A DNA stretch of 39,137 nt from a virus (Duplodnaviria; Caudoviricetes): positions 1 to 39,137 of IMG/VR virus record IMGVR_UViG_3300043772_000816; one strand, given 5' to 3'. Position 1 is the first letter of the stretch, and every line of letters starts with the position of its first letter. The position numbers and the translations under genes were made by a program. Of this stretch, positions 16,939-24,920 are shown in pieces. The notes below the pieces were generated by a model. The model saw only the letters and a program-made list of their open reading frames with translations, was not told the origin of the DNA and made no database searches.

Positions 16939-17091
16939 ATGGACCAAAATCCGACTCCGAAACAGGCACTCGAAATTCTCGCGCAGGCTGCGACTCAGTT
17001 CCGTGGCACGCGCGCCGAACACGAAATCATTGAAAAAGCTTTCCGAACTCTGGCACCGCTGGTCGAGCCTACCGGCGGAAAGGAAAATTGA
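16939..17091 (+). CDS. Hypothetical protein (50 aa, not in the ORF track)
   Basis: MDQNPTPKQALEILAQAATQFRGTRAEHEIIEKAFRTLAPLVEPTGGKEN; TTGAC lies 20 nt before the ATG. Confidence 0.6.
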   Translation: MDQNPTPKQALEILAQAATQFRGTRAEHEIIEKAFRTLAPLVEPTGGKEN

Positions 17092-17167
17092 TCTGCTGAC
17101 GAAGGTGCAGCTTGCGACGCTCGGCGTCGGGCTGCTGATTCTCGTCGGCATCTTGTCTGGGTGCTGA
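17030..17167 (+). CDS. Possible 45-aa single-TM peptide
   Basis: TTG start; MKKLSELWHRWSSLPAERKIDLLTKVQLATLGVGLLILVGILSGC; fills the gap before the holin-like gene but overlaps the previous ORF by 62 nt. Confidence 0.35.
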   Translation: MKKLSELWHRWSSLPAERKIDLLTKVQLATLGVGLLILVGILSGC

Positions 17168-17169
17168 CG

Positions 17170-17604
17170 ATGAGCCTTCTGGCGTTTCTGGCTTCTGCCG
17201 CTGGAGGTACAATCCTCGGCGGCATCACGCAAGTTCTCGGTTCGGGCGTAGCCGAACTGAAGGAGTGGTCAGCGAGCAAGCGGCGCATCGCTGAGATTGC
17301 CGCGCTCAAGGAAAAGCAAATCGCCATCGCAGAGGTCGAGGCGTTTGCCAAGGCAGTCGAGGGTACGGCTGGGACTGGCTACACGCCGCCGCCTACCGCT
17401 CCGAACTGGATGCACGGTCTGATGACCATCGCTGCCTTCTCGACGCAGATGGTGCGTCCGCTGATGGTCGGCGGCGCGTGCTGGTACATCTGGAGCAGAC
17501 CGGCGGATCAACTGGCTGGGCTACAGCCGGAAATCCTAACGGTCTCTTTTGCGTGCGTCTACTTTTGGCTCGGCGTGCGGCATCAACTCACCCGCTCTAA
17601 ATGA
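17170..17604 (+). CDS. Holin-like membrane protein (3TM / GTA-holin-like)
   Basis: Hydrophobic N-terminus, coiled linker, MVRPLMVGGACWYIW and ILTVSFACVYFWLGVR (VRP...FWxGxR pattern). Confidence 0.6.
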   Translation: MSLLAFLASAAGGTILGGITQVLGSGVAELKEWSASKRRIAEIAALKEKQIAIAEVEAFAKAVEGTAGTGYTPPPTAPNWMHGLMTIAAFSTQMVRPLMVGGACWYIWSRPADQLAGLQPEILTVSFACVYFWLGVRHQLTRSK

Positions 17605-17819
17605 ATCCAGAAAGCTTCGACAAACTACAAACTTCCGTCGAGCGCATCGAGAAGGCGATCATCGGAGACGAGGAAATGGGTCATCGAGGGTTAGCCGCTC
17701 GGGTGGAATGGATCGAACGGAAGATCGTTCTGCACGAAAGACATATCTGGAAATGGATAGGAGCTATCGGCGCGTTCGGCATTTTGGTGCCAATCTTGAC
17801 GAAACTGTTAATTAAATGA
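17601..17819 (+). CDS. Small coiled-coil plus TM protein (lysis-associated?)
   Basis: IEKAIIGDEEMGHRGLAARV...KWIGAIGAFGILVPILTKLLIK C-terminal TM helix. Confidence 0.6.
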   Translation: MNPESFDKLQTSVERIEKAIIGDEEMGHRGLAARVEWIERKIVLHERHIWKWIGAIGAFGILVPILTKLLIK

Positions 17820-18766
17820 TGAAGCCTACTATCACTTTTGCCGTAGCGGCGGGACAGGTCGATACAGCGACCGGCGTCATCAAGGGCGTCTCGCTCATCA
17901 GCGAGGGACCGGCGCTCGGGCACGGCGTGATGGTCGACGCGAAGACCTTGCAGCAAGTGATGGAAGCCGCCTCAAAGTACGAAGGTGGTCTGAAGGTTAA
18001 AATGGATCACCACGGCGGTGCGGGTGACATCATCGGCTTCGTCGACAACTTGCGGATCGATGGCACGAAGCTGCTCGGTGATCTCAATCTGCTAAAGAAT
18101 TCGCCGCATCGTGACTACGTCTTGGAGATCGCGCAAAAGATTCCCGATACTTTTGGCCTATCCATCGCGTTCTCGGGAGCCGTAGAAACCGGCGAAGGCA
18201 AGATGATGCTCCAGAGGTGCTCCGAGATTTACTCGGTTGACCTCGTTTCGGAGCCAGCAGCAAACGCCGCCGGTTTGTTTGAGCGGCGACTCAAAGCTTT
18301 TCAGACCGCCGAGGGCACCACGCCCGAGGAGGAGAAACCTGAGATCGAAATCACCATTCCTATGAACGATGATGTTAAGAAAGAAATCGCGGGTATGATC
18401 GAATCCGCTATGATGGGTCTTTCGGAGCGCCTCTCCAAGCTGGAGGTCGGTATGCCGAAACCCGAAGACAAGCCTGCTGCGATGAGCACGCAGGCGGACG
18501 TAGTGCAGCTTGCGGCCAACAAGGCTGCGGAGTCTGCGCTTAAGGAGTTTGCCAAGACGATTGGTGCGCCTGCCGTGCCTGTCGTGTCGGCTGAAGCTCC
18601 CGCGAAGAAGGAGGAGTCGAAGCAGTTCGAGGACATCCTTCGCGCGAAGAAGACTGAACTGAAGGGCGACTTCGCTGCGGCGATGACGTTCTGCATCAAG
18701 AACCACTCTAGCGAATACGCCGCCTACCGGCAGCGGGTCGCGCAGGGCGAAATCGTTAAGTTCTAA
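17816..18766 (+). CDS. Prohead protease / scaffold fusion
   Basis: GVIKGVSLISEG, KMDH, GLSIAF, YSVDLVSEPAAN..GLF protease-like N-half; charged, Ala-rich scaffold-like C-half; upstream of capsid genes. Confidence 0.8.
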   Translation: MMKPTITFAVAAGQVDTATGVIKGVSLISEGPALGHGVMVDAKTLQQVMEAASKYEGGLKVKMDHHGGAGDIIGFVDNLRIDGTKLLGDLNLLKNSPHRDYVLEIAQKIPDTFGLSIAFSGAVETGEGKMMLQRCSEIYSVDLVSEPAANAAGLFERRLKAFQTAEGTTPEEEKPEIEITIPMNDDVKKEIAGMIESAMMGLSERLSKLEVGMPKPEDKPAAMSTQADVVQLAANKAAESALKEFAKTIGAPAVPVVSAEAPAKKEESKQFEDILRAKKTELKGDFAAAMTFCIKNHSSEYAAYRQRVAQGEIVKF

Positions 18767-18777
18767 CCTCTACTCAA

Positions 18778-19128
18778 ATGGCTACTCAATACCTCGGCAC
18801 GGGTACTTTCCTTGCCAACACCGTCATCACGCACGCTCTTGGTGTGGTGATCTCCACCAATCGCGGCGTTGATCTTTCGACCAGCACCGCTTGCGACGGC
18901 ATCGCCACCATCGATGCAGCTTCTGGTGATTACGTCACCGTGGCGTTTTTCACCAATCAGGGCACGCTCAACGGCACGCTGACCTCCGGGTCCGTGACTG
19001 TTGGGAATACCCTTTTCCTCGGTTCCAATGGCTTGCTTGCCATCACCGGGACCGTGACTGTCGGCAAGTCGCTGACCACGACTTCCGGCGCTGGCGCGGT
19101 GATCGAGTTCATCCCGAAGAACATCTAA
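18778..19128 (+). CDS. Capsid decoration / cement protein (DUF2190-like)
   Basis: Small Thr/Gly-rich protein, GIATIDAASGDYVTV...VTVG..LF...G...VGK; between scaffold and capsid genes. Confidence 0.7.
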   Translation: MATQYLGTGTFLANTVITHALGVVISTNRGVDLSTSTACDGIATIDAASGDYVTVAFFTNQGTLNGTLTSGSVTVGNTLFLGSNGLLAITGTVTVGKSLTTTSGAGAVIEFIPKNI

Positions 19129-19146
19129 CCTTAAACTTTACCTACA

Positions 19147-20112
19147 ATGTATTCCAATGCTGCCGCGATCTTTCGCGGCGATATCGCTGGGGTTCTGGAA
19201 CAGGCGAAGGACTGGGAGACGACCCTTATCGGCACGCGCGTGCTGCCGATCTTGAACGTCCCGGTTCGCGCCGGTCAGTACCCTTCGTTCCGTCTCCAGC
19301 AGGGACAACTGCTCAAGTCCGAGGTCAAGCCTCGTTCGCCTTACTCGACGTATGCTCGTGGCACTCGTGCGTTCCAGTACGAGACCTACGGCTGCGTCGA
19401 GCTGGGTTACGAGGAAGCCGTGGACGACACGGTGGCCGCTGATATGGCGCGCTTCTTCGATGCCGAGGTGATCGCCGCCAAGCTGGCGCAGCGCAAGCTG
19501 CTCCTCGCGCACGAACTGCGCGTTGCTGGTGCGATCTTCAACACCGGCAACTTTACCTCGACCAACTCCGGTACGGCCTACACCACTGCGAATCTCGCGA
19601 CGTTCGACGTTGGCGAGGACGTCCAGCTCGCTCTAGATCGTATGCTCGCCAACGGCGAGTCGACGAACAACGCGCGCGTCGTGATCCCGTATCCCGTGTG
19701 GACCCGCATCCGCGCTAGCACCAAGTTCCAGAATCGCCTGCGCGGTGCTGGTGTTTCGACGGATACGATCCTCAACGCTAGCACGCAGGCGGCTGCTGAA
19801 GTCTTCGGCGTTGCCGAGGTGCTGATCGGTCGGGCGTCCTACGACATCGCTCCCGAGGGCGTGGCGTATTCCGCCTCCAACGTGTGGGCGAATACCTACA
19901 TCTGGGTCGGCAACGTTACCGAGGGCGGTGGTGGGTTCTTCGGCGGTGGCGCCGGATTCACCCTCAACTGGTCAGAGTACGGTCCCGCCGTTGGCGTGTT
20001 CACGTACCGCGACGAATCGATCAAGAGCAACATCGTGCGCGCTTCTCAGTACGTTACCGAGAAGATCGTAAACACGAATGCCGGTCAGCTGATCGCGACT
20101 CAGTACGCTTAA
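19147..20112 (+). CDS. Major capsid protein
   Basis: 321 aa, IGTRVLP, LLAHELRVA, AEVFGVAEVLIG, final EKIVN..AGQLI; strong codon bias; followed by a terminator. Confidence 0.88.
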   Translation: MYSNAAAIFRGDIAGVLEQAKDWETTLIGTRVLPILNVPVRAGQYPSFRLQQGQLLKSEVKPRSPYSTYARGTRAFQYETYGCVELGYEEAVDDTVAADMARFFDAEVIAAKLAQRKLLLAHELRVAGAIFNTGNFTSTNSGTAYTTANLATFDVGEDVQLALDRMLANGESTNNARVVIPYPVWTRIRASTKFQNRLRGAGVSTDTILNASTQAAAEVFGVAEVLIGRASYDIAPEGVAYSASNVWANTYIWVGNVTEGGGGFFGGGAGFTLNWSEYGPAVGVFTYRDESIKSNIVRASQYVTEKIVNTNAGQLIATQYA

Positions 20113-20139
20113 CCTAGCGGGATAGAATCCCACTAGTCG

Positions 20140-20176
20140 ACCCGCGTTCCTTAACCGGAGCGCGGGTTTCTTTTTT
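20140..20176 (+). terminator. Rho-independent terminator after the capsid gene
   Basis: ACCCGCGTTCC-TTAACC-GGAGCGCGGGT followed by TTCTTTTTT. Confidence 0.9.
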
Positions 20177-20193
20177 ACGAAGCGCCAAGCCTT

Positions 20194-21900
20194 ATGCGCG
20201 TTTCACTCTGTGTCATCTGCGGGAACGAGGAGCAGCTTATCGTTCGGATGCTGAACTCCTTCGACGGAGTCTTCGACGAGTTGTCGATCACCCGAGCAAT
20301 CGGCAGCGCTAAACCGGATGGCACTATCGGGCTGGCCGAACTCTGGTGCAAGGAGCGCGGCATCGCTTGCGTGGTCAGTGAGTACCGCAACGGAGTCGGA
20401 ACCGAAGGCTGGGATCACGTCGACGATTTTGCTGCGGCGAGGAACCTCGCGTTTCAGAACGGCACGGGCGACTGGCTGATCTGGTGCGATTGCGACGACA
20501 AGTTCGCTGGCGATGCAAAGGCGTTCCGCGAACAACTGGAGAAAGCCGCCGCAGATCGGGCGATGGTGCGGTGCCTGTACGATGTGCAGGGCACGGGAAA
20601 GAAGCTGTACCGGGAGCGAGCGATCCGTCGCGATCTCTACCAGAAAGGTAGAAAGTGGCACCACTCGGTTCACGAAAATCTGCTGCTGCTTCAAGGCGAC
20701 CGGCACGAAGACTGGGAACAACCCGTCTGGCTGCACGCACCGCTGGAGGTTAAGAAGGAGAACCGGAAGCGTAATCTCCGAATCCTAGCGAACTCGGTAA
20801 AGGAAGTCGCGACGCAATATTTCTACATTCACCAAGAACATTTCTGCTCGGGCAACCGGGACGCTGCCGTAGAGTTCGGCAAGGTCGCTCTGGCTTTCCC
20901 TAATCTACAGCCAGCGTTCCGGTACGAGACGCTGCTGAATTTGGCGAAGCTCAGTACGTCGAGGCGGGATTCCAACGTATGGTTGATGGAGGCGCACGGC
21001 ATCTATCCGTGGTGCCGCGAAGCAATCGCCGCTCTCGTCCTCCTGCACTTCGAGTTCAAGGAATATGAGAAGGCAAAATACTGGGCGGACCAAATGGCTT
21101 CGATGCGAGAACCGTTGCCCAAGGACCGACCGTGGACGCACGAAGTGAAGTGGTACGGCTGGGCGGGATACGACCTGTACGCGCGCGCCTGCCGAGCGGT
21201 CGGGAACCGCGCTGCAGCTGATCTCGCGCAGTGGCAATATCACGCAGGCGCAACTCCGAAGATCAGCCTGCTTCACGCGACGCGAGGACGCCCATCGAAG
21301 GCGGTGCAGACGCGAGAGGCGTGGCTGAACACGGCGTCAGACCCGACTCGGGTTGAGCACATCTTCGCCATCGACCTCGACGACAAGACTTCGGTCGAGA
21401 TGGGCAAGCAGTTCTCGACCTATCTCAGCCCGAAGCAGAGTTGCGTATCGGCGTGGAACGGCGCCGCTCGGATGGCGCGCGGAGAGCTACTGGTGCAGCT
21501 TTCGGACGATTGGATGCCAGTGCGCGGCTGGGATCAGTTGCTGCTTAACGCCTGCGAGGGCGTCGATCTGAACAAGCAGCCGGTCGTCGTGGCTATCTCG
21601 GACGGACACCGGAAGGATGATCTTCTGTGTATGGCGATCCTCTCGCGGGCACGCTACGAGCAGCAGGGTAACGAGGTATTCCACGAAGGCTACGAGTCGG
21701 TCTTTTCGGATAATGAGTTTTCGTACCGCGCCGCGCGGGACAAGGTCATAATCGACGCTCGGTCTTGGCTAACGTTCGAGCACTGCCATCCCTGCTTCAA
21801 CAAGGCGCCGATTGATGCAACGTATCGACACAACAACCAGCAGGCGCGATATGAAGCGGGCAACGCTCTCTTCCGTAGCCGCAACCCAGACGCTCCCTAA
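20194..21900 (+). CDS. Two-domain glycosyltransferase (GT2 - TPR-like - GT-A)
   Basis: RVSLCVICGNEE...DDFAAARN...GDWLIWCDCDD...W...VHE (GT2), helical repeats, then a second domain KISLLHATRGRP...AWN..A..ARGELLVQLSDDW...FSDNEF. Confidence 0.88.
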   Translation: MRVSLCVICGNEEQLIVRMLNSFDGVFDELSITRAIGSAKPDGTIGLAELWCKERGIACVVSEYRNGVGTEGWDHVDDFAAARNLAFQNGTGDWLIWCDCDDKFAGDAKAFREQLEKAAADRAMVRCLYDVQGTGKKLYRERAIRRDLYQKGRKWHHSVHENLLLLQGDRHEDWEQPVWLHAPLEVKKENRKRNLRILANSVKEVATQYFYIHQEHFCSGNRDAAVEFGKVALAFPNLQPAFRYETLLNLAKLSTSRRDSNVWLMEAHGIYPWCREAIAALVLLHFEFKEYEKAKYWADQMASMREPLPKDRPWTHEVKWYGWAGYDLYARACRAVGNRAAADLAQWQYHAGATPKISLLHATRGRPSKAVQTREAWLNTASDPTRVEHIFAIDLDDKTSVEMGKQFSTYLSPKQSCVSAWNGAARMARGELLVQLSDDWMPVRGWDQLLLNACEGVDLNKQPVVVAISDGHRKDDLLCMAILSRARYEQQGNEVFHEGYESVFSDNEFSYRAARDKVIIDARSWLTFEHCHPCFNKAPIDATYRHNNQQARYEAGNALFRSRNPDAP

Positions 21901-22496
21901 TGCACCGACCAGCCATCTCCGTCCTGATACCGGCGACGCCGCGCCGGATCGTTAGCTGTTTGTGTCCTCTGCTCTCTACGCTAGAGGCGCAGATCACAAA
22001 GCTGGAGAATCCGCAGGCGGTCGAGGTACTGACCTTTCTCGATAACCGGATGAGAACTATCGGCGAGAAGCGAGACGCGCTGGTGCAGATGTCGCGCGGC
22101 GAGTTCGTCGCATTCTGCGATGATGATGATCTGGTATCCGACGACTACCTCCAGCTGCTAACCGACACCATCGCGGTCGCGTCGCGTCGGACCTCGGTCA
22201 TCACCTTCGATCAACGCGCCATCGTTAACGGAGTCGAATCCATCTGCTCCTTTTCGCTTCGGCATCCGAACGAGCCATTCAAGCAGCCATCATTCAAGCG
22301 GAGCGCGTGGCACGTATGCGCGTGGCGTGGCGATATGGCTCGGCGGGTTCGGTTCCCTGCGAACAACTACGGCGAGGATTGGGCGTGGGCGAAGCATCTA
22401 GTGATGGACGCAACCGGAGAAATCCACATCGGGAAAGTGCTGCACACCTACCGATACGACGATCAAGTCTCCGAGGCGCCTCCGCCGAGCAGCTAA
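21900..22496 (+). CDS. Glycosyltransferase family 2
   Basis: ISVLIPA, TIGEKRDAL...RGEFVAFCDDDD, YGEDWAW, LHTYRY. Confidence 0.88.
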   Translation: MHRPAISVLIPATPRRIVSCLCPLLSTLEAQITKLENPQAVEVLTFLDNRMRTIGEKRDALVQMSRGEFVAFCDDDDLVSDDYLQLLTDTIAVASRRTSVITFDQRAIVNGVESICSFSLRHPNEPFKQPSFKRSAWHVCAWRGDMARRVRFPANNYGEDWAWAKHLVMDATGEIHIGKVLHTYRYDDQVSEAPPPSS

Positions 22497-22518
22497 ATTT
22501 GCCAAGCGGGACTTTTGT

Positions 22519-22836
22519 ATGGCTGTACGCGACTTCGATCCCGCCCAACTCGCCACCGATTTTGGCGCGATTCTGGATCAGGCGGGCATCACGTTCGCGA
22601 TGGGCGGCTCGACCGTGACCGGAGTCTGGGCGCTGTCGCGCGACGTCTTCGATGCCTTCGAGGATCAGCGCCGGTCCGAGTCGAAATACACCATCTTCCT
22701 GCTCGCATCCCAGCTGGGCTCAGGTCCGTCTCTGTCGCAGACGCTGGTGCGGTCGGGCGTCACCTACTTCGTGGAGCAGATTCGGTTCGATGCAGAGGGA
22801 ACCGGCTGCGAGCTCGACGTCTGCAAGGTCATATGA
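22519..22836 (+). CDS. Head-tail joining protein (gpFII-like)
   Basis: Size, beta-rich pattern (QTLVRSGVTYFVEQIRFD) and position before tail genes. Confidence 0.65.
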   Translation: MAVRDFDPAQLATDFGAILDQAGITFAMGGSTVTGVWALSRDVFDAFEDQRRSESKYTIFLLASQLGSGPSLSQTLVRSGVTYFVEQIRFDAEGTGCELDVCKVI

Positions 22837-23609
22837 GCGGCTCCCTAGAAATCTCTTTAGAGGCGAGGCAGCTAGAGGTAAAGCTGTACGAGCTCTCCCG
22901 GCGGGTCGGGCTAGAGTTAGGTCCGATCATTCGCGAGGAGTCGAAGTATCTCGTCGCGAGCGCTGTCCGTAACACGCCTCCTCCGAGCAGGCAGGCGGGC
23001 GTGAACACCATACGCACCGACCTCAATCGCGTAGCGGTCCCGCTGAACTACCAAGCCTTCGAGGCAAAGGCGACGACGAACGGATTCTATCCATCCATCG
23101 CGAAGTACGTCCGGACGAAGAACGCGGGCAAGCTGCGCGAGCTGCTGCAGAACCCGAACCTAAATCTGTTCCGAGGGTTCAAGGTGCTCGGCAATCCTGC
23201 CGACATAAAAGCCGAGCATAAAGCGCGGCGGGTAAGTGGTCGCGTTACGAAAGTGGAAGCAAAGGCGGTAGCATTCCGCTCTGAGATGCGGAGTTATTTC
23301 CGAGACGTCAGCAAGCGGGTAGGCTTCGCGCTGAGCGGCTGGACGAACGCCGCTAACGTTCACGGCATCAAGATCAAGAAGTTCGCGCAGGGCTCCTATG
23401 CCGGGTCGCGCGCTGGCGCAGAATACTCCTTCGGGCGGAACCCATTCTTCATCGCGCGTAACGGCAACATCAAGGACTTCGCCTTGCAGAAGAAGATCGA
23501 GACCGCCGTAAAGTACCGGCTGCGGGTGACGGTCACGAAGGTCGAGCGCGCCGAAAAGAAACTAGCCATCAACCTCGGCTTCACGAAGCTGGCTGCAGGA
23601 TCGTACTAA
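22833..23609 (+). CDS. Tail completion / neck protein (basic)
   Basis: ATG 22833 overlaps the previous stop; basic 258-aa protein with AVRNTPP; sits at the HK97 gp10 / lambda Z position. Confidence 0.55.
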   Translation: MSGSLEISLEARQLEVKLYELSRRVGLELGPIIREESKYLVASAVRNTPPPSRQAGVNTIRTDLNRVAVPLNYQAFEAKATTNGFYPSIAKYVRTKNAGKLRELLQNPNLNLFRGFKVLGNPADIKAEHKARRVSGRVTKVEAKAVAFRSEMRSYFRDVSKRVGFALSGWTNAANVHGIKIKKFAQGSYAGSRAGAEYSFGRNPFFIARNGNIKDFALQKKIETAVKYRLRVTVTKVERAEKKLAINLGFTKLAAGSY

Positions 23610-23610
23610 G

Positions 23611-24042
23611 ATGAGCAGCAGAACATCTATCCGAAACGCTATCGGGAACGCTATCACCGGAGCGAGCGTTGTGGTGACGGCGAACCTCCTTCGCGGACGG
23701 GATCGCACGCTGGCGTCGACGAGCTTCCCGGCGTGCGCCGTCTACGCTGTCAACGAAGACATCGAGGTGCGCTCGCTCGCTCCGTCAAATCGCGTGCAGT
23801 ATCGAACGCTCGAAGTCTCGGTCGACTATTTCACGGCGGTCACCGCGAGCACGATCCTCGACGATCTGCTCGATACAGGCAGCGCGGCGGTCGAGGCGGC
23901 GGTTTTGGCAGATGTCACTCTAGGAGGCGCGTGCCGCGATCTCCATTTGACGAGGGTCAATTATGTGATCGAACCCGATGAGGAACGCCAATGGGGCGTG
24001 GCTCGTCATACGTTTCAAGCAATCTACCTAACTCAAGACTAA
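23611..24042 (+). CDS. Tail terminator (gpU-like)
   Basis: RTSIRNAI...FPACAVY...LLD...AVEAAVLADVTLGG. Confidence 0.75.
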   Translation: MSSRTSIRNAIGNAITGASVVVTANLLRGRDRTLASTSFPACAVYAVNEDIEVRSLAPSNRVQYRTLEVSVDYFTAVTASTILDDLLDTGSAAVEAAVLADVTLGGACRDLHLTRVNYVIEPDEERQWGVARHTFQAIYLTQD

Positions 24043-24043
24043 T

Positions 24044-24430
24044 ATGGCTAACCATCTCGGACGGGAGGGCTCCCTCCAAATCTCGGCGACCACCGTTGGC
24101 GAACTCCGCAATTATGCTCTCTCGCATACCTTCGACACCGTGGAGGACACCACGCTCGGCGACACCTACCGCACGCGCAAACCGACGCTCGGTACGTGGA
24201 GCCTCAACAGCGATCTCTTCTGGGACGAATTAAACGCGGGCCAGATCGCCCTTACGGTCGGTCAGACTGTTACCGTTGCGTTGTATCCAGAGGGTACGGC
24301 GGCGACCTCCCGGTACTACACCGGCCAAGGCATCGTCACGAAGTTCGACATCTCTGCGGCGTTCGACGGTATGGTCGAAGGCAGCATCACCGTCGAAGGC
24401 GCCAGCGCGCTGCAATCCCTGACCGCTTGA
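24044..24430 (+). CDS. Tail tube protein
   Basis: HLGREG...VGELRNY...VEDTTLGD...YPEG...YTGQGIVT...DGMVEGSITVEG. Confidence 0.85.
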   Translation: MANHLGREGSLQISATTVGELRNYALSHTFDTVEDTTLGDTYRTRKPTLGTWSLNSDLFWDELNAGQIALTVGQTVTVALYPEGTAATSRYYTGQGIVTKFDISAAFDGMVEGSITVEGASALQSLTA

Positions 24431-24438
24431 GGTGACTG

Positions 24439-24762
24439 ATGGACGCAATCGATCTAGTTAGGGAACACTTCGCTTCGCTCGGCACCAAGAAAATCGAGGT
24501 GCCGGAATGGAAGCTGACGATCTATTCCTCGCCTGTTACTCTCGCTGAGAAGAACCGGCTGTACCGCAAAAGCCGGGAGAGCGATATGGAGCTCCTCGTC
24601 GACATCGTGATTATGAAAGCATCCGATGCGGACGGGAAGAAGCTGTTCACGCTCGATCAGAAGATCACGCTTCTGAACCGAGCTGACTCCAACGTCCTCG
24701 CGCGCGTCGCTAATGCTATCCTGTCTGACGAGGCGCCGAAGGCGGAAGAGCTGGGAAACTGA
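24439..24762 (+). CDS. Tail assembly chaperone (gpG-like)
   Basis: IEVPEWKLTIY...DADGKKLF; ends at slippery G GGA AAC TGA. Confidence 0.85.
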   Translation: MDAIDLVREHFASLGTKKIEVPEWKLTIYSSPVTLAEKNRLYRKSRESDMELLVDIVIMKASDADGKKLFTLDQKITLLNRADSNVLARVANAILSDEAPKAEELGN

Positions 24763-24920
24763 TCGGCGGCGATGAGGCAGCCGACCTCGTCGCCGTCTAT
24801 GCGATTGCGGAAATGCTCGGCAAGTTCGCCAGCGAAGTGATGCAGATGCCGGTCGCGGAAATGCAGGGATGGATCGCGTATCTGAACCACAAAAACCGTA
24901 CCAACAAAAATGGCCGCTGA
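24753..24920 (+). CDS. gpT-like extension reached by a -1 frameshift at GGGAAAC
   Basis: The -1 frame reads KLIGGDEAADLVAVYAIAEMLGKFASEVMQMPVAEMQGWIAYLNHKNRTNKNGR*, with the typical A..LG...E...M...E...W.AY pattern. Confidence 0.8.
   Translation, partial: GKLIGGDEAADLVAVYAIAEMLGKFASEVMQMPVAEMQGWIAYLNHKNRTNKNGR

Noticed and set aside
17030-17167. Lipoprotein (o-spanin), suggested by the LSGC lipobox
   Set aside because: A stop follows the Cys directly (TGC TGA CGA TGA), so there is no mature domain even with one readthrough; kept only as a possible TM peptide.
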